Shown: piece by piece, positions 12,440 through 24,900 of the stretch
Position numbering within the stretch: the stretch's first letter is position 1
Layout of the letters: each line of letters opens with the position of its first letter
Assembly: GCF_030684315.1 (NCBI RefSeq)
Contig: NC_081355.1
Coordinates: 58,947,909-59,011,908, forward strand
Direction: 5' to 3'
DNA: 64,000 nt
Origin: Stegostoma tigrinum
Taxonomy: Eukaryota
Notes under the pieces: generated by a model
What the model saw: only the letters and a program-made list of their open reading frames with translations
The model's database searches: none
Told to the model about the DNA's origin: nothing
Program-made: the position numbers and the translations under genes

Positions 12440-12662
12440 GTCATCCAGCCAACTCTCTCCTTGAATGTTCTTCCGTTCCACCTGTGGCCAATTTTTATAC
12501 TTCAATCAATTTCTCTTAAAAAAAAATCTCATCAGTCATCACTTGGTGGGAATGTTCTCTGCACAGTTTGCCTGCCATGTCCTACATTACAACAGGACTA
12601 CACTTGAAAAGCACTTAAAATTTGTTAATATTTCTGTAGTTGTAAAAGGAACATAAAATAAT
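12440..12662 (+). mobile_element. DeuSINE-like SINE fragment
   Basis: Similar to the reverse complement of 21795-22030 and 29000-29300. Confidence 0.4.
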
Positions 12663-13689
12663 TTTGGCATGCAGGTGAGCCAGTGGTGCAATACTCACCT
12701 TGTTAGTAAGGATGGGGAAAAGAAATCATCATTCTGCTCTTTATTCTCCAAAAGTAGAAATCCTGAACCTCTGCTAGTTTATCTGACACCCATTAACTTT
12801 TGCCTGGACTCAGTAGGGTTACTCTTGTAAGTGGTTATGAGCCTAACTGTACTAAGATGGAGTACAAATTGTACTCACCTGGCAGCATCAGCCCTCAACC
12901 AAAGGTTCCAGGATTTATAATATGTTAATTTAACTTGAGGTGTCAGAAACACCTCATATTGAGACATAGTCCATTGTGGAATGTTTGGAAAAAGTATATC
13001 TCTGTGGAGGATCTGTTTGTTTGGGGCAGATGCCTTACTAGTTATTTTTGATTCAGTAACCAAAGTTCAGAAAAGAACAATCAATAGGCTTGTAAGACTG
13101 CTGAGAGCCCCAGATTTGCAGATGTAGAACTGTGGCAGAAAGCATATTAGGACTGAGACTGTCTTTGACACAGAGCACTATAGTGGTACCTCTGTGAAAC
13201 CACCTTAGGTGTGAAGGACAATTGATCAATGTGTGACTGAGAAGGAACATCTCGAAAGAAAGAAAGAGCTTACATTTATATAGCGCTTTTCTTGACCTCA
13301 GACCTCCCAAAGAATCTGAAATGAAAGTTTGTACTCTCAGTGTATGCTACCTCATTCTTACTAGATGACTGCTGTGCTTTTGCTCACTTCCTTGTCACTG
13401 ATGAAAAGGGTTTTCTTAAAAGGAAAGACATGTAGAATGTGGCATTCAATCCTTGAGGCACAACAGTAAAGGATGGAGAAAAATAGCCTAACTGTGTTCT
13501 ACAAAATATGGAATGGATTGTTGGGAATTGACAGAAAGAAGTGCCTGGTGCCCTCAGGTAATGACAAAACATGAGGTGACCATTCACACAAGCTACAAGT
13601 GCCATATGTTTACAAGATAGAGTCAACAATCTTTCTTCCAAGGTCAATTCCACAATGGAACATTCTGCCATAGTCACAGCTCCATCACT

Positions 13690-13965
13690 TGAGATCTTCC
13701 AAGACCGTCTTTAGAAACTGAAGATATAATGAAACATCTTGCCTGTTTCTACTCTATGAATTCCCTCCATAGTTTTAAAGGTCACTCTCAGAATTATGTC
13801 TTTTGGAAAAAGAGTCACAGCCTGTTTAAAATTTCTTGGCCAAAAGAATTCTTGCACTGGCCATGTAAATAGTTTCTGCACTTTCTGTAATGCCTCCATA
13901 TCCTTTAGTGTGAAATTCTTCATTTTAAGAGGAAGGGTCAAATGTTTTGAGACTGACATTAATAC
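13690..13965 (-). mobile_element. CR1 ORF2 C-terminal fragment
   Basis: Minus-strand ORF 'KDMEALQKVQKLFT..RVTFKTMEGIHRVETGKMF'. Confidence 0.6.
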
Positions 13966-14039
13966 AGTTTATAATGGTGATTTGTTAACATGGTAAAAAC
14001 ATTTAAGAACTTCAGTGAAAGTGAACATTTATGATTGTG

Positions 14040-15266
14040 TTAAGGCACAATGCCTCATTCACTAGTCACCTGTCAAACTGTGTCTTCACTGTACCCTCCT
14101 TTTTGTGTGATTGCCTGTTTTAATCCTACGCCTTAAACTACTAATTTGTCGTTGACCCCAGCTGTATACTGCCATCTTGCCTTTAGACGGTTCGTTGCTT
14201 GAGCAATACTCTCATCTCATCTCCCAAACTGTCGGTGTATTCTGCAGATAAAGGACACACTGGTTGTTTGACCTTTGCTCAGCTTAATCTGAAACTTCCG
14301 GTCAAAGGAACTTAAGACCAAACCAGATGATTAATGCAACCACATCTTTTGAATACATACATCAGTTTTCACTTGTACAATGATGACACTCATCTTTAAT
14401 TTACCACTACTTTCAACTTTTCCACTGTATCTAAATTATCAGATCATTTATTCATCAGCCAGTACTGGGTGACAAAAGATTTCCTCCAATTAAATGTTTG
14501 GAGGACCAAACAAACTTGTGTTGGATTCCAGCAGAAAACTCTGTTCTGTCACTACTAACGTCTTGTCTCTTCTTGGCAATGTTCTGAGGCTGAACCAGAC
14601 TGTCAACAATCTTGATATCATATTTGGCCCTGATATGGCCTTTGAACCACTTAGGAATACTATCAAAGTTCATGCAATACATGCCTGTGTTTTATCGGCC
14701 ATTCACACTCCTCCCTCAGCTTATCTGCCGCTGAAACACTCATTCATGCCTTTGCTAGCTTCAAACTTGATGATCCAAGAGACTCCTGTCTGCTCCCCAC
14801 ACTCTGCTCTGAAGCTTGATGTTATCCAAAATTCTGCTGTCCATGCCATTTGGACCAAGTCATGTTCACCTGACACCCTTGGCTATTCTATATTGGTTTG
14901 CTTTGTTTTAAAATCTCATATTGCCCTTGCCCCTCTCTATTTTTGTAATCTCCTCCAACCCCTCCACTTTCTGAGTAACCTGTGGCCATCTAATTCTAGT
15001 CTCTTGAGCATCTCCAATTTCAGTTGTTCCAAAGTTAGTGGTCACCCCTTAGCTTACTTAACCTCTAAGCTCTGGATTCCCCTCAATAAATTTCTTCATC
15101 TGTAGACCTCTCCTCCTTCAAGACATCTGTATATCATGTCTTTAACCAAGATTGATCCAATATCTCGTCTGTAGCTTGGTGTCAAATGTTGCTTCATAAC
15201 ATCCCATGAAGCACCCTGGAATATTTTATCTATGTTAAAGGCTCAAGATTTTAAAAAAAACAGTTG
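14040..15266 (+). mobile_element. Degraded L2-type LINE (ORF2 C-terminus plus 3' UTR)
   Basis: ORF 14494-15105: LRLNQTVNNLDIIF, KLDVIQNSAV, LAPLYFCNLLQP, KLWIPL; L2-like end 'gaagcaccctgga..tatgttaaagg'. Confidence 0.7.
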
Positions 15267-15929
15267 TTTCTAGATGCGTTGATAATATTAAAAATGATTA
15301 CTTAATGGAATATATACTGAATGAGTTAATCGTTGAAGATTTTAAGAAGTTGATATTTAAAGCTTGGTTCAGTGGTAACGTGAATTGTCAATCAGAAAAT
15401 TCTGCCATGTAAGGAAATGGTTGTGAACCTCCACCCAAGCTGATGATGCCACATAGTCTTTGGATAGATAAATGGTTAGCCTTGCACAAATTCCTGATGG
15501 GAATGGATGTAACTATTGCTATCATGGAATAACCCGCGCCTTGTTATTTCAAGATAAGTACCCTAACGCTGACAGATAGGTCTTTCAACTCAGCATAGAT
15601 TTAGTGGGATAATGTCAAGAGGGCTTTATTCCGTATCTAATTCAATGCTGTACCTACCCTGGGAGTGTTTGATGGTGACAGTGTCAACAGAACTCTACCT
15701 TTAGTTTAAAAGTGTAGGAAGAGAATTGGCATTAGCGAACTACACCAGGCACAAACCACCAGTGGTTAATATCCAGATAAGACAACAGTTTAAAGCCCCA
15801 TTGCAGGATTTGAGTCGATCCAGTATGACAAGGTTCTGCACAACGGGAGGTCTAATCCTATGTTTGTTACTTTAGGCCAACATATAGTCTGTTTGCTCAT
15901 TGGAATTTAGAGTTGCTGTGCAAGTAAAG

Positions 15930-16136
15930 GGATTTTTCTGATAGCTTGGCCAGTACCACCAAAAATAATGTAACTGGTCAATCACCACATTACTATTAGC
16001 GGGATCTTTGCACATTAACAAATGGCTAGCATGTTGAATTATGTGAGAGAGACCTCGTTTCAGTATAGCTCATAGTACATGAAGCACTTTGGGATGTTTT
16101 ATAAGATGTGGTGAAGCACCATATAAATGCAACTTT
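15930..16136 (+). mobile_element. DeuSINE-like SINE 3' part
   Basis: Ends 'gaagcactttgggatgtttt..atataaatgcaac', an L2-derived tail. Confidence 0.5.
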
Positions 16137-18049
16137 TACAATAAATATTTGCCAGCATCATGCGGTAGATTAATTTAAATTGTTCGAAACCTCTTAAACC
16201 TTAATGAGACAAAAGGAATGAATTTGATTAAACTATTTGTTCTGAGTCACTGTTGGCACGGTATAAGTGTCATTGACTGATAGCAGCCCAGAAAGATCAA
16301 GTTTCAAAAAAAATGAGTTAAACAGAGGAGATGATAATGTTAACAGTATGTGAAGCACTGATGTCTGTCTTATCTGATTACTGTGATGATGTACAGTTGT
16401 TAAGCTAGTACTGATGGAATCTGGCTGTAGAATTTGATTCTGTAGCCTTGTGTATTCTAAGCGTGCTGTGCTGCTTTGGATGCAAATTTACATCTAAGCC
16501 ACATGCACATATTTTCAGTTCAACTTGTGTGAATGCAAAGTTGTTCAGTATGTTTGTATGGGTGGTAGAAGCGTACTCCAGAAATATGCTGAGTAGACAT
16601 ATTATGTTATGTAAATTTCACCTTCAGTCCCATTTTCAACTTCATTGTTCCAACTAACTCTTTCTCATGAACACGTGCAGCTGAATATACATTTGGCAGA
16701 ATGACTCTCCCCTCCAATGCTATTTAAAAGGATCAGCTCAGTCTCATTGATATTTCAATCTTGCTGTGTTTGTAGAAAGGCAGTTAGTTTTTCACTACAG
16801 TCGGTGATATCAGTCGGGAGTGGAGTTACACATGATGAAGGCCTTGGTTGTGACAGGATTCTATTCAAGTATCTCACTCCCAGTTCTGGGTGCTGAAGTT
16901 ACTATCCCTATTGTCCTGTAGTGTGTCAGATTGATTAAATGGAGGCAACACAGAGGAGGCAAAGTTATTTAAAAAGCAGAGAGGGGAGGAGGAAAAGGCA
17001 TCTCAGCAACTGGTCCATAACTATCCAGAATGTTTGGGAAAATTTCCCTTACCCTGGCAATGAATAGGTTAAACAGCAGTTCTATTTTACAAAGGAGCTG
17101 TTCACTGAAATTTACCTCATGTTTGCAGGCAGCTTCAGGACAGAGTGCGAATATTGCAACCAGTCGGTTTCAAGATTACTATTGCAATGAACTTCTTCAA
17201 GTTAGGATCCTTCCCAGGTTGACCAGGCAATACCTTGTTTTCCATCCATTGCTGTACAATGGAGGTATCCATTGTTCTGAATGCTGAAAGGGGAGTATAG
17301 AGTGGTCAGTGTGGCATGCACAAAGCTTTGCCAGGATAGCACACTTCCACATGGCGCTCGGTGCCACTGGCTACATACATTTCAATTAGTAGGTGCAGCA
17401 TTTGAGTAAGCGGTGCATTGAAACCAAAAGGGAACCCACTCCCTTTACGCACATTTGGTGTCCAATCAATATATCATCAGGTGCTCGGTACGCCATGTGT
17501 CTTATCCTGGCAGCCATCATGACACCTTTATTCTGTGTCTGTCTCTGGGACTGTATCTATTTAAGCCATCCTATCAACTGAGAGGGTGGCTCCTGGGGAA
17601 TGCAGGCTTCTGCTGGCTACTTGGTTCATGATTTTTGTTGCACAAGCACATATAGTCAGCGTGGTGCTTAAGCACAATTTTTGTGCTTAAGTTGCTATGG
17701 AGGAGCGCATCACTCTTCTCTAGAACAAGAGTCATCATTCATCATTGTTTGCTACTTGTTAACAAAAACATCATTCTGATGATAAACCCTATGCCACCAG
17801 GTCAACAGTGAACAGTTGAGGAAAAGGAAGAGAAGCAAACCTAAAGAGGAATAGGAAAAATAAAGGAGGTAACCAACATATTCATGGTCTAGTCAGGCTG
17901 TCCATGATCAATGGCAAATCTGTGAACAGAGATCCAATTCCCCATTAAACAACAATACCACACATTTGTTTCATTCTATTGCAATACAGAGACTGCTTGA
18001 CCATAATGCTTTACCTTGAAGGCCATTATCAGTCGTGTTGTGTCATTGA

Positions 18050-18390
18050 GGGAGGTGATGGCCTAGTGGTATTGTCGCTGGAGTGTTAATCCAGAGACCC
18101 AGATAATGTTCTGGGGACCTGGATTTGAATCTCACCATGGCAAATGGTGAAATTCGACTTCAATAAATACTGGAATTAAAAGTCTAATAATGACCACAAA
18201 GCCATTATCGATAGTTGGAAAACCCCATCTGCTTCACTAAGGTTCTTCAGATAAGGAAACTGCCATCCTTGCCTGGCCTGGCCTATATATGTCTGGGGAC
18301 ACACGGCAATGACTCTTATCTGCCATCTGGATGATTAGGATAGGCAAGAAATTTTGGCCTAACCAGTAACCTGTGAAAGAATTTTTAAAA
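18050..18390 (+). mobile_element. tRNA-derived SINE with LINE-derived tail
   Basis: A-box-like tggcctagtgg and B-box-like gatttgaatc; the tail matches the LINE end at 59990-60050; reverse copy at 57775-58115. Confidence 0.75.
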
Positions 18391-19229
18391 ATTCCAGTAC
18401 TTTTCTTGGGACAAAGTCATTTCTGCAGCCACTTCCAGCATGTGCTCCATCTAGAACACACCTCGCTTTTAAGAGGTGTAGATTTATTTTAACTACCATT
18501 GAAATTCATGATAAGCTCTCAGATTTTGTATCACCTATTCGGGCGTGCAGCCACTCACATTAGTGATGGCCTGCATACTGTGGCCATTGCAATGAGCTAG
18601 CAGCACAAAGTTAGTGTGCTTATTGAATTGCAGTGAACCAGAACTGGTCAGTCATGCATCATGATCCCTGCACTATTTTCAGGCTTTATCCAAATTTGTA
18701 CCCTCTGTCTCTCTATCTCTGATGTCAACTCATTTACTTCTGTAATAATGCCCAACTTAATCTTTTACTGTGTTGTTACATTCAGTTTCACTCCAAATCG
18801 TTGAAATAATTATGTCTGGACAGGGGGAAATCCACTTTTGGGAATTGATAACCCATCTCCTAATAATAAAACTGTACCTCTCTAGTTATGTTGTGAATTG
18901 AAATTTGAACTGAATTTTGATTTGTAAACGTTAACACAGAAGGGCAGGTGTTTGTGCAATTTAAATTAATTATACCTTTAATGTTTTTGCATTGTTAACT
19001 GCAACATTTTGGAAATGGAAATAAGGTAGATTATTGCTGGTATTAACATGTATTACCTTAAAAATGATTGTCTTACAGCTCATTAGACATTATTGAGTCA
19101 ACAGCATTGTAAATCTAAAGCAACAAGCTAACTAGAATAGGAGAACCAGGAATTTGAGGATATGTTCTCCAAAATCTCTTTCCTGCCTACTTCATTGTCT
19201 TCTGCACCATCGTGTGCAAAAACCTTGTG

Positions 19230-19720
19230 CATTGCTGTGTCCAGAAGTTTAAATCCATCAATGTTGCTGCCTCTGCTGTTCCCCCGGTTGCATTGTCTCA
19301 CCAGGCCAAAATCCTCTCTGGCTTACACCAATCCCTACCCTTGATTGCCATTGCCACAACATTGCAACTTTAGCTCAATTCGCCTAATTTACAAATTTCC
19401 TACCATCTCAAAAAGATTTTGAAAGTTTTATAATCTCGCAAAGGCATCATTATCCTTTGCGATTGTGAAATGATACATTTTTCAGCTATGTCCTTTACAT
19501 TTTCTCTCCTTCAAAACCTCTCCTTCACTATCAGCTCAGTTAAATTCCCCAGCTTGATTCCATTGCAACTAAACAGATGATAGCCAAAGCATCTGCAGCA
19601 ATAGTTTCTTCATGCCAATTTACCATTACCTCTAGAATTCCCCAAGCTTTATTCCTTGGACCCATTCACTTCTTACTCATCATGCTGTTCTTTGGCAACA
19701 TCACAAATGCCACAGGAGCC
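19230..19720 (+). mobile_element. L2-type LINE RT fragment
   Basis: Pyrimidine-rich degenerate RT region including a 'PQ.FILGP..FL' motif near 19640. Confidence 0.4.
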
Positions 19721-20221
19721 AAATTCTAATATTTGTTTAAAATTTAAGACGTTTATTGAAAGAAATTTATATCTCTAAACACGAACAATAAATAGTGTGC
19801 TTGAGGAAACAATATTCAGTTCTAAAAAAAATAACTGTGAATAAATGTAAATGTTCACTGTTTCAGTTTGCAAGACCAACTATGGCCCAAATTTTTGACA
19901 CCATGGAGAGCATATCTGATATTATGAAAATGCTGGAAGAACTCAGGAATTTCAAGTCCTGCTCTCGAACCAGGCTTCTCTTATTTTCATGGGGGCAGGA
20001 TTGGAGACTGTAGTTCACAGAAGTGTGCTTCCTGGAGAAAACTGGCCATTTAAATGACCAGCTGCCTCTGGTGAGTCCCTGGAGTATGGAGTGGTGACAT
20101 ATAGACCAAGTAAGAGCAGGCTTGTTTTTGTGCATTTGTTTGAGATGGCCAGGGCACCCATTTTGTGTGGAAGTAAGGTATCCTTTTACATGTGGTCCTG
20201 GAATACCTGTTATGGGGAGAA

Positions 20222-20892
20222 CAATAATTGCTGGGAATCACAGGTGGTCAGTCAGCATCCATGGAGAGAAAGCAAGCTAATGTTTTGAGTCTAGATGAGT
20301 CTTCATCAGAACTGGAGTAAAGTGTGGAGGGGGCAGCATTTATGCAATAGTGGGGCGGTGGGGTGGAGATGCAGTTTGGAGTGCTGGGGGAGAAAGAATG
20401 CTGATAGAGCAGATTAAGTGATCTGAATGTGAGAATGGCAGAACTACGGTGTGTCGACCTGCCAGACTGGGAAGAACAGTCAGTCCCATTGGTGTTGGAG
20501 GAAGGAGAGAGAGGATACGGTGACAGGAAATGTGTCAAGCAAAGCTAAAAGAAAGGAAAGGAATGAGTTCACAATCTTGAAGGTGATGAACTGAATATTG
20601 AGCCTGGAAGGTTGTAGAGTGCCTAGTTTGAAGATGAGATGTTGTTCCTCCAGTTTTCACTGTGAATTGCTGGACCATTGTAGCATGCTGAGGACAGATA
20701 AGTGGGTAGTGAGCAAAACGCTGTGTTAAAATGATCGGTCATAGGAAGGTCTGGGCATGCTTGTACACAGACCTAGAGGTGTTCTGCAAAATAGTCACAC
20801 AGTCCGTGTTTCGTTTCGCTGACCTGCTGTGATCTCCAGCACTTTTTGCTTTCAGTACAGATTCCAGCATCTGCAGTAATTTGCACCTACCT
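20222..20892 (-). mobile_element. PLE family B: GIY-YIG C-terminus and 3' UTR on minus strand, plus inverted tail (20818-20892)
   Basis: Minus strand reads ETKHGLCDYFAEHL..LPMTDHFN..LEEQHLIFKLGTLQPSRLNI; hammerhead-like motif at about 20275-20312; 20229-20255 is an inverted repeat of 20818-20841. Confidence 0.8.
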
Positions 20893-21029
20893 TTTCAGGA
20901 GGTAAGCAGACCTTTGGCGAAAGGTAAAGCACCCTTTGGGATGGTGGAATGTAGGTGTTCTTGTGAGTAATAAGTGCATAAGCTCATCTTTTTTGGTTTG
21001 ATTTCGAGATGAGCGCATCATTATTTGGG

Positions 21030-21295
21030 CCTGCTCTTGTAGCCAGAGTATCCTTAGCCACAGTATCCTGCTCAGTAGTAATATCTAGAATATTTGATAG
21101 TCGGGGATTCAGCAATGGTAATGCCACTGAACATCAAAGGCAATGGTTTGGCACTTGTTGCAGGTGCTCATTGTCTGGTACTTGTAATTGAATGTTACTA
21201 GTTGTTTATCAGCTTAAACCTGGATATTACACGACTCTTGCTACGTATGGATGTCGGCTGCTTCAATATCTGGGGAGTGTGGTGCTGAACACTTT
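21030..21295 (-). mobile_element. LINE RT-downstream fragment (family of 59040-60055)
   Basis: Reverse complement resembles 59200-59460. Confidence 0.45.
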
Positions 21296-21794
21296 GTATC
21301 ACAGAGGGGGAAAAGCAATTGATCCAAATATTAATTGTGACCAGTTACATTATGAAAAAATAGTCTGATTAACTGTAATAGCATGAGCCCAGGCATATCT
21401 GTTTATGCTGGGCAAAATTAAAACTGCAGATTTATTTTGCCAACCATTTGCTGAGATTAGAAACAAACACCCAGTGAGATAGTCTCATCCCTTAGTGAGG
21501 TCTGTTTTGATCGCTTTTCTCACACAGTGTCAGAATACCAAAACACACATTTAATTTCTGTCGTTTTGCCATTTCCCATCAAGGTATCCCTCTGGCATCA
21601 TTAGCAGCTTAACACTACCCTGTGGATCTTATAGAAATAATTTTATGATGTTGTTCTGCTGGAAAGGAGAATTATGAATTAGATTTGAAAAAGATCATTG
21701 GTACTTGTCCCAGGAGTTTAGTTGTTAGGAAACAATGAAACAGATGAATAGAATGACAGTTGTTATCATAAACCTGCATCTGCAACACAGAAGG

Positions 21795-22035
21795 AAAGAA
21801 CTACCTTGCATGATATCATTTCTCACCCTCAGGAATTCATAAACAATAAATTACTTCTTAAGAGCTGTTGCTGTTATGTTGGCAAATGCAGCAACCAGTT
21901 TTCACAGGACAAAGTTGCATAAACAATAAATGCAATGAATGACCAGTTAATCTGCTTTTTGTGTTGTTGGAAGAAGGATCATTGCTGACTTGGCTGCCAG
22001 GAGAACTCCCTGCCCACTTTTCAATCGTATACCTT
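21795..22035 (-). mobile_element. DeuSINE-like SINE
   Basis: 'cagcaaccagttttcac..aatgaccagttaatctg..ggagaactccctgc' is shared with 29000-29300 and 42940-43240. Confidence 0.55.
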
Positions 22036-23410
22036 TTGAATAAGGTACTGAAAGGTTTTCTACTGAAGACTCCGTCACCTCCAACCAATCTCATAATCTC
22101 AAACAATCTTGATGGGCAAAGGAGGAGTTTTGTTCGAGATCCCAATGTGTCAACAATATCTCAGTGACGTTTTAGTTATTGGCCAATGTAACTCGTACCT
22201 GTTACATACCTGTATAATGTATATTCTGTTCAGAAGAATACCTCTTTTCATTAAGACCTACCAGACCCTTAGATCCAGAATGGAGAAGAGGAATTGGTGA
22301 CCACATTCTATCCCAACCATTAGCTGGTTGTAATTAGTTCCACAGAATGTACAAGGTGGTGATCAGCAGTGGGCATCATTCTTTAAATACCACACAGTAA
22401 GAGTAAAAATCCGCTGGACTTGAGAGAAAAGAAAGCTCAAAAGACAAGTGAGTTTACCGCTTTAAATATTTTACTGTCTTACTCCATCAATCAACACCTG
22501 CGAGCATGTGAGCAAGCATGCAGTTAGCAGAAAGCACAACACAGAAATAGCACTCTAGGCTATAGCTTTCACTTCAGATCTGGTAAGGAGCAGGAAAAGT
22601 GACAAAATGGCAAGGTAAAACATAAAGAAGACAGAGGATGACAGAAGAAGAAGATATTTAAAAGATTTTTAACACTGATTGTGACCATGGAGCTTACTGG
22701 AAAGCTGGAATGTAGAGGCATTATGTTTCAGGCAGGAAAGTAGAGTGAATACTCATTCTACTCACAAAAATACCTTTATCTTGGCTGGTGGAAATAAGGA
22801 AAACCTTCACTAATAATTTGGCTGGCAAATGGGCAAGTATATGCCCAGTAAGCAGTCCAATACAGCATGCTTTAATAAGAATTTAAAGCTTTAAAATAAA
22901 TAAAATTATGAAGCATTGCTACAATACAAGTTCTAAAGCTCTTTTTTCTATTGCAGAGTTAAACAACTTATAAAGCAAAGTGCAACAGCATTGCTATTTG
23001 TGGAATTGAAAGTCTTCAATAAAATGAAATTTAAATAATGTTTATTTACTGCAGGATTTAAAGCCATAAATATAACAGCATTTACATACAGTAGAATTTG
23101 CAGGACAGCTGTGAGCTAAGAAGAATAGACAAATATATTAAGAGGATATAGCAAGATAAGTAATATTACCTCAAAAGATTCAAAACCAAAGATAGTCCAA
23201 ATGGAACACACGATTGAACATCTTGGATAAAACAGTTTTTAAGTTCCAGAATTCCTTCAAACTTAAACAAAATAACAAGCTGGATGACTAAATACAATAT
23301 TGTATTCTAAAGGACCCGCAGTTGATGACATTCTTATTCGCTTAAATACAAAGGAAGGAACAGATGCTCTTGAAGATATTCTTCAACCTTCTAATGATTA
23401 TTAATGAGCT

Positions 23411-23739
23411 GGCACGGTGGCTGAGTATCATAGCACCAGGGACCTTCTGACTGCCTCAGGTGACAGTCTGTATGGATTTCGCATGTTCTCCACATATCTG
23501 CTTGGGTCTCCTCTGGGTGCTCCAGTTTCCTTCCACAGTCCAAAGTGCTAGTCAGGTGGATTGGCTGTGCTAAATTATCCATTGTCTTCAGGGATGTGTA
23601 GGTTAGGTGTGTTAGCCATGTGAAATGCAGGTTTTCAGGGGTAGGGCGATGGGTCTGGGTGGGATGCTCTTCAGAGTGGTGTGGACTTGTTGGGCCAAAT
23701 GGTCTGTTTCTGCACTGTAGGGACTCTATGCATTCTATG
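23411..23739 (+). mobile_element. HE1-like V-SINE inserted in Gypsy gag
   Basis: ggcacggtggct head, V-domain 'ctcctctgggtgctccagtttccttccacagtccaaag', CR1-type tail 'gggccaaatggtctgtttctgcactgtagggactctatg'. Confidence 0.85.
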
Positions 23740-24811
23740 GACTTCAATCTGAGAACAAATACAATTCTTAAAACAATGAAATTTAGCAGAAATATTTAAC
23801 ATTAAGGGAAATCCATGGATATTTCTACAGATTAAAAAAAAAGCTTTGACTACGGAGTTTTGAAAACAGGATTCATAACGTTTAGAATGATTGATGAATG
23901 TTTGTCAGATATATTACAGTTCAAAGAAGGTTTGATGTTGGAGAAAACTATTCAAGTTTTTCTGTAAGTAGAAAGCAAGATGATTTGCAGACAAATTTTG
24001 ATATCAGAAGGACAATATTATTACAAAAGAGCAGCAAAATTAATTCACGTTATAAGGTATAAACACTCTAAAGACACACATGACGACAAGCCAGCACATA
24101 CAGTGGGCCCATTCCTGTGCTGTACTGTTATGTTCCATGATCCAGTGGACCAAGCAATCGGCACAAAGTCTGTGCCATCACTGTGGAACAAAAAGTCTCA
24201 CAGGCACAAGCAGTGTTCAGATGTGACAAAAGGTTGTTACATCTGTAGAACTGTATGTCTGTTTCAAAGCATATGCAGCAGTAGGATATGGTTTCAGAGC
24301 AGCAAAACACCAAGTGCTTATACATGCAAAGGTGTTAATACAATAGTACAATCATACTTAGAAAAGATACCTGAGGCATTTCAAGGAAAAATTGTGAATC
24401 AACCAGCTGGAGTTTTACAGAACCTGTTTTGTGTCTTTGGATATCTCATTAATTTTAAGCTTGATACACAGTGAGCATCACTGTCTTATCTGATCAAATG
24501 CCATGGATGAAGAAATAGATGCAATAATATACAGAAATGAATTTGCATGTTCCAGATGATAGACTTCTCTGTAACAAAAACATAAGTGAGTTGAGAATGT
24601 AAATATGCTTCACAATCAATGCTTCTCACTTTTAAGCCTGCATGAATGTCTTGACCTCAACATTTTTGAGGTATCAGAATAGGATCAATTGATTGTAAGT
24701 GTGCAACTGGTACAGGAACAAACTGCTGTTGACTAAGTGGTCAAGGGGCAACCGGCAGAAGATTTCATCGGTTTGACTGGATTCATGGCATAACCCAAAA
24801 GAAAGATTATC

Positions 24812-24900
24812 TGAGATAACAAGGTGTAGAGCTAGATAAACACAGCAGGCCAAGCAGCATCAGAGGAGCAGAAAGACTGACATTTCGGGCCTAGAGCCTT
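24812..24900 (-). mobile_element. Isolated PLE family A terminal fragment
   Basis: 'gagataacaaggtgtagagct..cagcaggccaagcagcatc..gacatttcgggcctag' matches 1070-1160. Confidence 0.8.

Noticed and set aside
14494-15105. 203-aa ORF as a host gene
   Set aside because: Explained as decayed L2 ORF2.
23980-24474. 164-aa Cys-rich ORF as a host zinc-finger gene
   Set aside because: Lies within the Gypsy gag/protease remnant.
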